Positions 38,827 through 51,239 of a stretch of DNA of 64,000 nt are shown here, piece by piece. Where the stretch lies: assembly GCF_002105155.1 (NCBI RefSeq), contig NW_019029002.1:1-64000 (forward strand), written 5' to 3'. Made by a program: the position numbers and the translations under genes. Below the pieces are notes generated by a model. That model saw only the letters and a program-made list of their open reading frames with translations, did not search any database and was not told where the DNA came from. How positions within the stretch are numbered: the first letter of the stretch is position 1; each line of letters begins with the position of its first letter. Source of the stretch: Lobosporangium transversale (taxonomy: Eukaryota).

Positions 38827-39867
38827 GATTGTTTTAAATAATAATAGTAATAATAATGGTGGTGGTAAGGATAATAAGGTAATAAGAAATCGTGATGTAG
38901 AAGCGAATAAAACAGAAATGAAAAGGAAAAAAAAAGACTTGTCCTTTTATTCAGCAAGTACAAAGAGTAGCGGAAAAAGGAAAGGAAAGAAGAGGAGGAG
39001 GAGAGAGAATATAGAAATGCGGATGTATAATGCTAATTAATGAAAAGGAGGATATCAAAAACGCCCAGATGGGTCAATTAATGGAGAAGCGACAATTGTC
39101 GGTCAGAGCCATTTGCACCCAAAATAGATGAAATATCCGTGTCTCATGGACAGAATGGCCAAATGGGGGATAGTGCGATCATCGCGTGAGACCATTGCGA
39201 ACGGAATAACTGAAGGAATGGAATTAAGATATGAATATGAATAATGGATATGGATGCGGAACAAATATGTTTGTCCGTCTGAGAATATAATATTAATATT
39301 AATATTATCCATTCGTCATAATCTATGTAGATGTATATAGATGCTTTATCTCAAGAATCATTTATAAATGATTTTTATTTATCACTTCTATTCCACATTC
39401 CTCCGGTCCTGTGACATGACCTGGCAAGATGACATTTAAACCTTTAAGCTTCTATATCTCGGATCGTTGTGCTACATCATTTCATATCATATCATCATAT
39501 CCATCCTATCCACAGAGATAAACAAAAACACAACAAAAATGTTTCTTTTTTCTTCTATGACTGGCTGTTATTACATTGTGGCTTTATTCTAAGGTACTTT
39601 TCTTTTTTTTTTTTTTTTTTTTTTGTTCTTCTTTGAGAGTATTAAAAGTTTTGTTTCTATTTGTTTCTTTTTCTTCTTTTTTTTTTTATGATGTATTCCA
39701 TAAGCATGCAGTGAATGAAATAGGAGTAATTTCTTTCAGTCAGCTGCCCACCGCGGGAATAATTTTTTCTTTCTCTTTGTAGAAACGTGGTAAAAATAAC
39801 TCAAATCAAGAGGATCAAAATCGATTATCTCATGCAAAGGGGAAAACGATGTCATCTTGTGTCAGCC

Positions 39868-40818
39868 TTAAAGCAAGGCTGCAATAGCCATCACCACTGC
39901 AACAGCAGCACCAGCAGCGGGCTTCATGCTACCAGCAGCGCTATCGGGCTTGTTGCTAGGTGAGGCCGTAGGGCTGGCTGAGACTGGGGCAGATGGCAAG
40001 GCTGTGGTGGGAGCACTGGGTGTGCCAGTGGGCACATTGGGAACAGTCGTATTCAAAGTACCCTCTGGCCAGGCCTGCGCATATGTGGTCTTGCAGAGAG
40101 TGTTGTAGGCAGGAACAAGCTTGGTCCAGTACTGCACAAACTCGGGTGTGTAGAAAGATGCGATAGCAGGCATCTTGTTCTTGGCCAAATGATCAATGGT
40201 AGATGTCATGGCGATCCTGGAGCAAGGCGAGCACACATCCTTGGGATCAAGGTTGTTTGCCAAGAAGAATGGGGCCTGAGAGGAGCGAATCGAACCCGAG
40301 GTCAAGTAGATGGCCAAGTTGGAGACGAAGCGAGAAGCGGGGTTGTTCACAGGGGCCTCCAAGCAGTAGGTGATTGGTGGAGGGGTTGGGGGCACCGTGG
40401 GGCTTGGAACAGGTGCATTAGGATCCTCCGCACAATAGCCTTCATGGATAGGAGCCGCAAAGAAGACCTCCAAGGCGTTCTTGCCAAGCTGAAGAATGTT
40501 GCCACCGCTAGAGGATGCCTCAGCATCAATAGAAGAACCGCAGGCAGCGAGGTACTTTGTGGTGGCAGTCAAAAGGGTCGAACGTGGGCATGCGGGTTTG
40601 GTGCAAACCTGGTGAATAATATCCGAGTAATCGGGATTGCCGCCTTGGGCCACAAGGGCAGCGTTGTAAACCTGTTCGGTGTAACATTTTGAGTAAGCAC
40701 CGCTGCCGGTAGGAGCATAGTCATTCAGGACAGCAGAGCAAGCAGCATCCTGAGCCTTGACAGAGGAGGACAGGGCAAGCAAAGCAGCGACGGAAACGAT
40801 GGCGGAAGTGAAGCGCAT
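39868..40818 (-). CDS. Secreted Cys-rich, probably GPI-anchored surface protein
   Basis: Signal peptide MRFTSAIVSVAALLALSSSVKA, about 10 Cys, a Pro/Ser/Thr stalk, an SAA omega-like site and a hydrophobic C-terminus. Confidence 0.85.
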   Translation of the reverse strand: MRFTSAIVSVAALLALSSSVKAQDAACSAVLNDYAPTGSGAYSKCYTEQVYNAALVAQGGNPDYSDIIHQVCTKPACPRSTLLTATTKYLAACGSSIDAEASSSGGNILQLGKNALEVFFAAPIHEGYCAEDPNAPVPSPTVPPTPPPITYCLEAPVNNPASRFVSNLAIYLTSGSIRSSQAPFFLANNLDPKDVCSPCSRIAMTSTIDHLAKNKMPAIASFYTPEFVQYWTKLVPAYNTLCKTTYAQAWPEGTLNTTVPNVPTGTPSAPTTALPSAPVSASPTASPSNKPDSAAGSMKPAAGAAVAVVMAIAALL

Positions 40819-41580
40819 GGTGAAAGGATTTCTGATGGATGAGAATGAAATGAAAGAATGTGTGTAATGAAAGAGAAAAAAAAAAAGAAAAGGAAAAAAA
40901 AAGAAGAAATTACTGCCGAAAGTTAGACACACGTTGCTATTGTGTCAGGAGAAGGGGTCAGGGCAATCAATCAAAGCGAGACAAAAATGGCGGGTTTTGC
41001 AATTGCTGGGCAATTTAAAAAAAATTTACTTTTTCAACAAAAATAGATTTGTGAACGAGGAATGTGGATGAAGGATATGAGTGTGGTCTTCTCGCGTCTG
41101 GAAGTAATGTCAGGCGAGGTGGAGGGGGTCGTAGGGAGAGGAAAGATTAAAGGAAAGAGGAAAGAGTGCTGAACAAGCAAATGGACAGGTGATGCGAAGA
41201 AAAAGATAATGAGAAGTAAAAGAAGAAAAGAAAGAAAAAAAGAAAAGAAAAAGATGAAGAGAACAAAAAAAAAAAATAAAGAAGAGGCGTCATCTTCATC
41301 CATCCATCATTTACAATCCATCAATATCAACCCAATCCTTTCACAGCATGTCCTGCTGCTCTCTTTTCATCCCTCCATTGAGGTTTGTTTAGTGGTACCT
41401 TTGAGGATACACTTCTCCCCCTACGGTTAAGGACAAGACGGAAGGGAGAGTAAAAAAAAAAAAAAAAAAAAAAAAGAGCCGGCTCTCGCGTCTGCAGCTG
41501 TAATAATAATAAATATATATAATATTATATATATCAGGGATATATTTTTCTATATACAATCGCTGGAAATGAGTGCTCTC

Positions 41581-41611
<31 letters not shown>

Positions 41612-42706
41612 CAATGGGAGGGATGTCGCTCTCGTCTCTAGTCGCTCAGTCTTGCTCTGATAAACACTACGTACTCAGGACAGCTTGAGATTGAAAAACG
41701 TTTTTCATGAAGAGTCTTGTTATACTGATAGTAGGACTCTTTCACTCATAGAGCCTTCTGTGGATTGACACCGTGCACAGAGTTCGAAGATCTGGGGTCG
41801 TTAATGTAGTTCGACAGAAAGAAAGAAAGAAAGAAGATCCTTTATTTCTTGATGTTGGACAATTTACTTTGTGTAGCATTGATTTTGTGAGAAAAACAAC
41901 AGTTGTCCCACAATCAATGCAAACATGAACACAACAAGTCAAGGGTTTTCCGTGTCCGTTGGGTGAGATAAACTCATGATTAGGAAATGGATCAATGTCC
42001 GAGTAATTCTCTCCAGGCATTCATCCCAATTGTTTCGTTTTGTTGTGACACACATCTTTCATTTGTGGTTCTTACATTTATTTTCAGCATCTCAAAAGCT
42101 CTTCAACACTAGACTAGACACCGCGCATGTATATTTTTACTTTTATGCTTAAAACTTTGAATCCTCGCCTCCTTTCTCCCTCCCATGATCCCCATTGGGA
42201 TATTCGGATGAACGTGGCTGGTCCATGAAGAATGAGGGGAGGAGACTGTTGTGTGCCACAAGAAAGAAAATAAATAAAAGTTTCAGACTTTCAATTCATG
42301 AATAAAACTTTAATTTCTGAACACACAAAATGTAAAAATGCTGCAGATCCTCTTCTTCTCTTATTCCTTTGGCTTGGATATCGCTCAAAAGATGCCTGTG
42401 CGGATCTGCTTCTCTTGAAAAGCCTTGATGACGACAGAGGAGTATCTCAAAGCCCAGCTGGAGCATTTTTGGGGCGCTTAACTCAAATGGTTCATATTTA
42501 GTATGGATCGTCATTCCTCTCCTTTCCACCTTGTTATCTAAATTTATCCGCACGTCGTGTTCATAGCGGCTGCCTACTAGACTTGTCGAATTCTGGCACC
42601 GTGGGATCTGCCTGTATTTTGTATTTTTATTTTCTATTTTTATAATGATCATATTATATATATATATACACATATCGATGGATGATGCATCTATCTATTT
42701 GTAAGC

Positions 42707-44556
42707 TTATTCGCTTTCATTACGACTCAGTCCTTCAAAGATCTTGGTAGTTATCCCTTCATCTTTGAACTGGAGCATATAGATGATGCTCATCTTCTCT
42801 TGAGGGTTCATCAATGTGATTGCTAGTTTTTTAGGTCCTACCAGTTCTAGACAGTCGCATTGTACGATCACGCTATCCAAGACCTGTTTATTCCCTGAAA
42901 CCAGTGATACAAACAGTCTTACATGGCCCGATGGCGTCTCCATTTTGATCTCTACTCTTGCTGTTCCAAGACTTATCCATTGACCATGGTCGCCTCCTTG
43001 CAAGAGTAATTTACATTCTGCCGGCGGGTACATTGTATTGAGCGTTTGTTTCACAGGCCGTACTTTCTGGGTCACAGATGAAGCCAAAGAATCTCCACGA
43101 GACAGAACTGGCGAGACCGACTTTTGTAAGGATGGGTCGTACATGGCGCGGTCTTTTGTTCTTTGAAAAGCAATGCAGAAATCCTCTGCTTCTCGTCCTG
43201 TGTTGAGTGCTACTGTGAACCACTGCGCACCTGCCCCCATATCCAACGAGACGCTGACATCTGTTTCAGAGGCGCGGCGGAAAGTCGTAGAATTGACAAT
43301 CCATGCATTGAGGACCAACTGTCCATGTTCACACGAAGTAACTGCCATGGCCAATCGATTCGCTGCAGTCAGTCGTAGCTCCACAATAACATCGTCATCC
43401 TCTACAAGTGGCTCCCAGTTATCTTCGCGCCATTGGAAAACATCACATGGTTTCGTCTTGAACAAAACTTCCTTTGCCGCTGCTACATCACCTTTGTTTA
43501 CAATACGTCCTCTGGGTGCTCCTGACCTGCTGGCCATCGTGTTTGTTCGCCGCATGCTCTAGCTCCCATTGAAAGCAAATATCAAAACAAAAGCATGAAT
43601 CTCATCGAACAAAATCATTATGTTACGATCACTCCCTGTCTTCCGTCAATATGTATACATTTTTACCATCGTGCGGTTGAATGGCCGAGGGGAGGGGCGT
43701 CCACTGAATGACCCTGCTTCGTGATGCATCAAACCTGGCCTAGGACCTCCTGGCCCACTACCAGGAAGCATTTGGGGCCTGAATCCAGGCGAGTTCATAG
43801 GCCCTCCCATCAGTGGCCTTCCACCCATGGCCTGCATAGATGGTCGGAGAGCGGGGCTCATAGGTCCGTCAGGATGTCCCTGAAAAGGTGATGAGATAGG
43901 TGCGCTGTGGTAATGCATAGGAGCTGGGCCTCCATTGAAGGCTGGAGACCCAGGCCCTATAGGATGCATTGGTCGACTTTGTGTAATGCTTCTGTTCAGT
44001 TGTGGATGTGGCTGTGACTGTTGTGCTGCCTTGGAAGCGTCACTTTGTTGTGCATTATTAACTTCATAGATCCATGCGGCTCTAAGTTGATCTTCCGTGA
44101 TTCGTATCAGAGCTGTAACTCTATTGACAATGCTCAATTCCATGACCGGTACTTTTTTTTTGTTTGTTTGATTTTTGTTGAAAATTAAGATAGTTTGACT
44201 TTACGTTAACTTCAACCATCATTAACGGGGATGAACTTGCAATAAAAAAGCATTACTCGGGATTATGTACCTTGATCCGGTAATGTGACGCTTCTAGCAA
44301 AAACATATCGTATAGCGAGGGGAGGAAAGAGGAGCCAGTGTGTTGAGATGTTTCCTTCTGGGTTACTTTCGATTTCCTGTTGCGTTTTTGTCCTGCAAAT
44401 CAGCAATAAATCGGATAACAACAAAATGTGCCCATCTTCATATCGTTCCGCTATACTGCCGTCAGTTGTCACTGTAAAGTAGTAGTCGCCACGAATGACG
44501 ACTTCACGCTCAACCAGTGCTAATGAAAGCGCGCATGCCTAATCAAATATGATAGT

Positions 44557-44590
<34 letters not shown>

Positions 44591-45941
44591 TATCAGTTAA
44601 CTGTTTTTGAAGCAAGTGAGAGGCAATGAAGATCGGATCGACATACTTTGGGTTGCATGGTGAACAGGTCCAAGACCTTTGAAGTGTCTAGTGTTTTTTC
44701 CAATTCCAACATGGCTTCAGCCGTCCGCGAAGGATTGTTCAGGTTATGCAAAGGCCGATAGTTTGGGCTCATGCCAGGAGACATGGGTGAGGGCGGTAGT
44801 GCAGGCGAGATCGGGTTACTGTGGCCCCTAGTCTGTGGCGGAAATCTCGGAGAAGTATTTTGGTCTGTGAGGGGTGGTGATGGTAAAGCATGTCGAAGTG
44901 CTGACATGCTCGATATTCCAGACATTGCGGGAGATGTAGGGTAGCGGGATGTTCCTGAGATATCTACTGAAACAAATCTTAAAATGGCGTCAATCCGCAT
45001 TAATGCTGCTTCTAACGCGTTAAAATCGGGCGCCCCGCGTTCTGAAGATTCGAGCAATCGCTACATCATGAGTAGAGCATGAATGCAAATTAAATTAGAA
45101 CCATCGAATGATAAATATATGACAAGCTGAAGTCTATTCTAGTGGCCAAGTCAAGAACACTGACTGAACGTATTACCATGTAAAGACGATGGTAGTAATG
45201 GAGACGATCAATTGGTTTCATAAAAAAAGAGTCCAACGTAACATGCTGCACTTGCTCAGTTGCGATTTCCTATTATTATGAAAATTGTGCATGGAGGGTG
45301 AATATCAGTCGAGCCGCTCTATCGTTGCATGATACACCTTGGCAGCAATATTTCCACTGCCGTCGTTCCACTTACTGCCAAAATGCTCTGTAATCTGGAG
45401 TTGGACATGATCTCGGGCCAACTGTCCAATTTTGGAGTGTGGCTCCTGCAATAATTGGAATAAGGCGATTCCATGACATCCATAAACCACACTAGCACTA
45501 AGCTCAACTCTCTATTTACATCCTCATTTGTCGCCACATCGGCTAATCGCTTAGATAGCTTTCGACTGAGTGCATGGATGTCCTCAATATTCCTGAGCAT
45601 TAAGTCCACTTCCTTGGGAGGAAGATGATCTTGCGTCCATCCTGCCGATACACGCTAGAGTATAAATAAAACAGACAAAGGCTGATATGTTAATATGAAC
45701 TGATCCGAGTATTGGGCCGGCTTGTTCAATTAGGTAATAATAGATCATACTGAAAGCCTCTTTATTTTAGTACCTGGAGAAGAATCTTTAGATCCGTATT
45801 ATATTCTTTTTCGCTCTCAAGCAGATCCTCAAGTGGGTTTAATAAGTTTAATGGTATCATAGCTTGTTGTTGTTGCTGTTGCTCGTATGGTGGACGTTGA
45901 AGCTATGATTGGGATAAAATATGTGTTAATACTACTATTAT

Positions 45942-45983
<42 letters not shown>

Positions 45984-46348
45984 CGGATAGTACAGGAGAG
46001 TAGTTGTGTACATGGGAAGGAATAGGTCGCAATGGCAATTGATGGCTGAACCCTGGGCTAGGCCGAAGTATGCTCTCAGGCCCTGGCTGATAAGGCTATT
46101 TATTACAGAAAAAAAGAGGACAGAGGCTGAATGTAAGCATTGACTAATTCACAGGAGAGCAGCGATATTTTCCGGACTATTTTATTGTTGTTGCTTCAAT
46201 AGGATCTTCCATACAAGCATACTAGCGCTCTCCATTTGCTCCACTTTGTCATTTCATTTTTTTTTCCTAGTTCATTCTTTTCGAAGTTGATTACCCGAGG
46301 AGAAAGTGGCATTCCATTAGGAACAGGTATAGACATTTGGTTGTGCAT
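42707..46348 (-). CDS. DH-PH RhoGEF-like protein with extra C-terminal PH-like domains
   Basis: DH motifs EDLLESEKEYNTDL, NIEDIHALS, YSNYCR and LDSFFMKPIDRLHYY; PH motif HILLLSDLLLICR. Many GT-AG introns; exact boundaries partly inferred. Confidence 0.8.
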
Positions 46349-47857
46349 GTATGAAACTGCAATAAAGGAGTGACGTCGTGTTGATCGAGGAGGGAATAGC
46401 CAGTATGACAATGGGCAAGAGTGAGATAATGAGTACAGGTGATGCAAAGAAGAGTTGAAGGAGGAAAAAAGGAGAGGAGGAGACAAGGCCAATTAAAGGC
46501 GAGGCAGGACAGGCAGTTGCAACGCTGTTGTTCAGTTTGGGCTCATTGTTGGGCGCAACCTCTTTATTCCAAACATTCACTTTGTGTGGCTGTTGTTCAC
46601 GCCGCTGCCTCTCTCTGGCCCAGTTCCTCAGGTTTTGGTCTCTTGGATGAGAGCACCCGCAGTTTAATGAACGAATGTACTAGAGTCGACTCTTTGCTCT
46701 TTGCCACCATATTCATTTTTCATTCAGATCTCCCTTCATTGCCACAAATATTACACCTTTATTAAGATATCCTGTAATGAGGCAGATTATGATCCGTCAG
46801 ATGAGACGAGCCTTTTTTTCTTTTCTTCTTTTCAATAAACAAAAAAGAAAAAAATAGGTGTCGAATGCTCAAAAATAAATGAATAAGAAGGAGGAGGGTC
46901 AATATTACAAAAAAAGGAAAAGGAGGACATTTGATAGATGAAAAAGAGCCTTCTGAGTGCCTAAAATGAAATAAAGATGAAATGAATGACAGATGAGTTG
47001 AGCCTTGAGCAAAAACGGCACATGGGATTAATCCTAGCTTTTGGGCAAGGCAAAAAGCTCTTCAAATTTGGACATTGCACATTTCATACACGATTAGAAA
47101 GCGAGTGCCTCAAACTCCGAAAGATTTAAAGGACGATGGATAAATATATATGTATATATATATACAACCTTTGGTATCATCGGGGCCTATTCTCTCAACA
47201 AAGTGATCTACCTAATTGAAGGCAGAGAGATTTATGTGAAGCAAAATGAAAGCACAGTAACGAGTAAGGCTTGATGTTGAGCTGAATAGCTGGATAGCAA
47301 GTAGAAAGATGAAAGACTTTTTCATAGGCAATGGAAATCCAAAAGAGAATAAAAAGCCACGTGTTAGATTCTGCATCTGTGCATTTGCGCACGGTCAATG
47401 AGCAGAAAGGCTCTTTAAAAACAAAGCTTGCTGTCTCCCGATCCCTTTTGCACCGGCGTGACAGGAAATAATGACGATGTTGATTAGAAGCAGTCAAGCC
47501 ACATCCACCCTTCTGCGCTCGTGCCAGATACCATTAAGTTAAAGTCGTTTACTGCATTCTTTCAAACAAAAAGCAGGATAAATACATTTATAAAAAAAAA
47601 AAAAAAAAAAAAATCGGCTGCATAGACTACCCTTGCACATTGCCTTGCCTTGCTCCATCAGTGCTCCTCTTTTACCTCGTATTCATCATCACTTTGTTAT
47701 TCTTTAACTCTTTCACCAACGTGTGTCTGCCTTTGTTTGCCTTTGTTTGCCTTTAACCTTGGTCCTCATTTCTCTGCACGTTGGTTCATCCGAGCACTCT
47801 TCCGGTACCAGCCGACCCTTTTATTTTTATTTTTATTTTCTCTTCTTCTCTTTGCGC

Positions 47858-50800
47858 ATGCTGCCAGTAACATCGTCAGCCGACACTGCGGCTTCTTTTA
47901 AGGTTCCTACACTTTTCGCCAGCTCTTCTTTTACTTCGACTTTCATCCCTATTCTTTCTCCAACTTCCAATGCAACAATTCCATCGTCTAATCTCACCGC
48001 CACTAAAGCTATTACAACTAATTCAGTTCAAACAGGAAACAAAACGACCATAAATATCCCTTCTGATACCACTAACACTACCATGTCACCTCCTAGTGCT
48101 CTCAACACTCCACCTCCACTTACGCTACCTACACCGCCTTCACTCCACATCAACACATCAAAGACCACCGTTTCCTCTACTTCTGAAGCTATCCGTACAC
48201 ACACCTACTGGACTGGGTTCTACAAAAAGACTATTAAAGAGCGTCGTACTCAACTTGGACTTGCCTTCCCGCATCTGTCGTGTCCTACGTCTTTGGATTC
48301 CTTCGCTTCTACCCAGAACTCTACTAAAACCTCCAGTGTATCAACGCCAAACCTGGAACCAACAGTGGCAATGGCAGCAGTCTCTAGTCCCATGATCGAT
48401 ATTATTCCTTCTACTGCACCTTCACCACTATCAGCATCATCCTGTACGGCAACGCAGATCATACCACGACCATTGTCCGTCCTTCGTTTATCCCCCACAA
48501 TGTTATTCCCTGAAAATACAAGCACTGGTAATCACATTGAGAACGATAATATCAGTGACGAAGAAAACAGCACTAGCATCAACAGTAAGGATGTCAACAT
48601 TGCTGACAATGATAATATTCTCGACACCACAACCATGTATCACACCTCTCAACCCCAACAGCAAGAGCAAAGTCAATTGCCGAAAGATAAGAAACAAGAC
48701 AAAAGAAGAGCTAGTAATCTAGTGGATCATGGAAGCAACAACCAATTTTTACAACAGCAGCCCTCTGTACTTTATAGTTTATCCGGTGGGCAGTATACAG
48801 AAGTAAATGATGAAGAGCGCCGTGCTCTTGCGCTAGAATTGGCTCAAGGGCAAGAAGATGTTTCCGTGACGGAAGAAGAGCGTAGGGATCAATTTGAGAA
48901 AGAGAGAAAGGCGACTGTGATCACTAACTTGCAAGAGCAGCGTAAGATGATTGGATCTCCAAACCATGGCCTGTTAGAAGGTGACCTGTCCCTAGATGCC
49001 AGATTAGATGCTATCATCGCTACTGAACGTGATGGAGCGGTGTTTCCGATCTATGGTCTGGATGAAGAGATTGCGAATAATATGATTGAAAACTGTATAG
49101 GGTAAGTTTATTTTTATTTTTTTACTTTTTTAAAGCACGGGCCCAAATCGGCCCAAATCGGCCTTTAAAATGCGGATCAAATTAACTTCCTCTCCCAAGC
49201 ACTGACCCATACTATTGTTTCCTAAATGTTAATTTCCTATTGTTCTCTTTAATAAAGCACAATGGGGCTTCCTTTGGGTCTAGCTTTTAACTTTACCATC
49301 AATGGCTCTCCATTGACGGTTCCAATGGCAATCGAAGAGCCCTCAGTTGTTGCTGCCGTATCAAGTGCGGCGAAAACCATTTCTGCCTATCAAGGATTTC
49401 AAGCTTGGGCTCCTGAGCGCAACATGATTATCGCCCAAGTCCAATTGTTAGACATCTTGGACCAGGATATGGACCATGTCATACAAAAGATGAAAGACCA
49501 TGAACAGTATATCTGCAGAGAAGCGAATGAATACTGCACCAATATGGTATTACGAGGCGGCGGCGTCCAGCAAGTCACCTTTCATCGTGTGAGAAGACAC
49601 AGGACGAAGGATGGTTTTAAGGGACAGGACTTGTTAGTAAAATATGGGATCATTCCTGCTAGTAGCCTACCTGCGAGAGACTCTAAGCCAGGTAGTAGTG
49701 CTTCTATCCCTCAAGGACGTTGTTCGGAATGGCTAGTGGTGCACTTGCATATTGATGTAGGAGATGCCATGGGCGCCAACTGCGCCAACACAGTTGCTGA
49801 AGGGATTGCTCCTTGCTTGGCTAAGTTGAGTGGTGGTCGTGTTGGGGTTCGAATCCTAAGCAATTTGAATGTTGACCGAGTTGCCAAGGTATCAATTATT
49901 GTCATATATATATAAAAATGAGTGCAATTATCAATTTTTTATATTAACGTTTTAATTTGTTTTTATTTTTTATTTTATTTTTTTATATAACCGTAGTCAA
50001 CGTTCCGCTTGCCATTTTCACATATGGTTTATAAATCTTTGCCAGGCAAGGATGTCGCTGTTCGGATCTTGGAGGCTTACGAATGGGCCGAGCTAGACCC
50101 ATACCGTGCAGCCACTCATAACAAAGGGATCATGAACGGGATTGATGCTGTTGCTCTAGCCACAGGTCAGGATTGGCGAGCCATTGAAGCTGGAGCACAT
50201 GCATGGGCAAGCGGTGCAGGAACCTACTCTGAACACTCTTCAGATACAGGCACATTCTCAAGCACAGACACAGAGGTTTCTCAAACCAACAGCGGTAATG
50301 ACGGCCACGGCATCAAAAGAAAGGCACGGGTATCAACAGAGGAAGCTTTACAGGCCAAGATCTTCAGAGGCGATGCCTACAAGCCTCTAACGCGATATTG
50401 GATCGAAGAAGACGAAGATCGAGTACGGCAAGGATACAAGGGTCAAGATGCCTTGGTATTTTGCGGAGAGCTCAAAATACCTATCATGGTCGGTACCAAA
50501 GGTGGCGTGCTTAGCACGAATCCTGTTCATGCCTTCGCCCTTGGGGTGATGCGATACCCAGACTCGAAGCAGCTTGCCATGGTAAGCAATCAGTATTTCA
50601 TATTAGAAGAATGTATAAGAACAAAAGAATATATATATAATGGTGGATATAAAACAATTATTACACGAGTAATTAACAAAATACTATTTCTCTATGAACC
50701 TTAGGCGATGGTGACAGTAGGTTTAGCTCAGAACTTTGCTGCGCTGAGAGCCCTTGCTACAGAGGGGATCCAACGAGGACACATGTCGCTACATGCTCGC

Positions 50801-51010
50801 AACATTGCCATTTCCGCAGGGACGCCTCCTGCCTCAGTAGAAGAAGTTACAGCTTTCATGGTTGACAAGGGCAAGATCCGGATCAGTGCTGCGAAGTCTT
50901 ACCTAGAGGAGCGTGGGATTTCACTCTATAATAGTGACACCGGCTCAAATAGTAGCAATACCAGTCCGGGATCCGGGATTAAAAACGCACAACGTGCACA
51001 TCTCAATTAG
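47858..51010 (+). CDS. Class II (prokaryote-type, MvaA-like) HMG-CoA reductase, about 921 aa
   Basis: [107 protein letters not shown]. Introns 49102-49257, 49889-49996 and 50582-50704. Confidence 0.95.
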
Positions 51011-51012
51011 AA

Positions 51013-51043
<31 letters not shown>

Positions 51044-51117
51044 CGCACACAAGCAATTATCGATTTCTTAAAATGTTAACCATATCATATAGTTATTTCA
51101 TTAGACTACTGTTTCTA

Positions 51118-51149
<32 letters not shown>

Positions 51150-51239
51150 CCTTCTTTTAAAAGAATACAAGGGTAATTTTTTTTTTTTTTTTATTTTTTT
51201 TTTTATTTTTATTTTTTTTTTTTAATAAAAAAAATCATA

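Noticed and set aside
42296..42673. 125-aa minus-strand ORF or alternative last exon of the RhoGEF
   Set aside because: No recognisable motif; cannot be supported without transcripts.
49140..49163. 10-bp tandem duplication in HMGR intron 1
   Set aside because: Likely a trivial slippage event.
50990..51010. PTS1-like AHL near the HMGR C-terminus
   Set aside because: It is followed by Asn before the stop, so it is not a terminal tripeptide.
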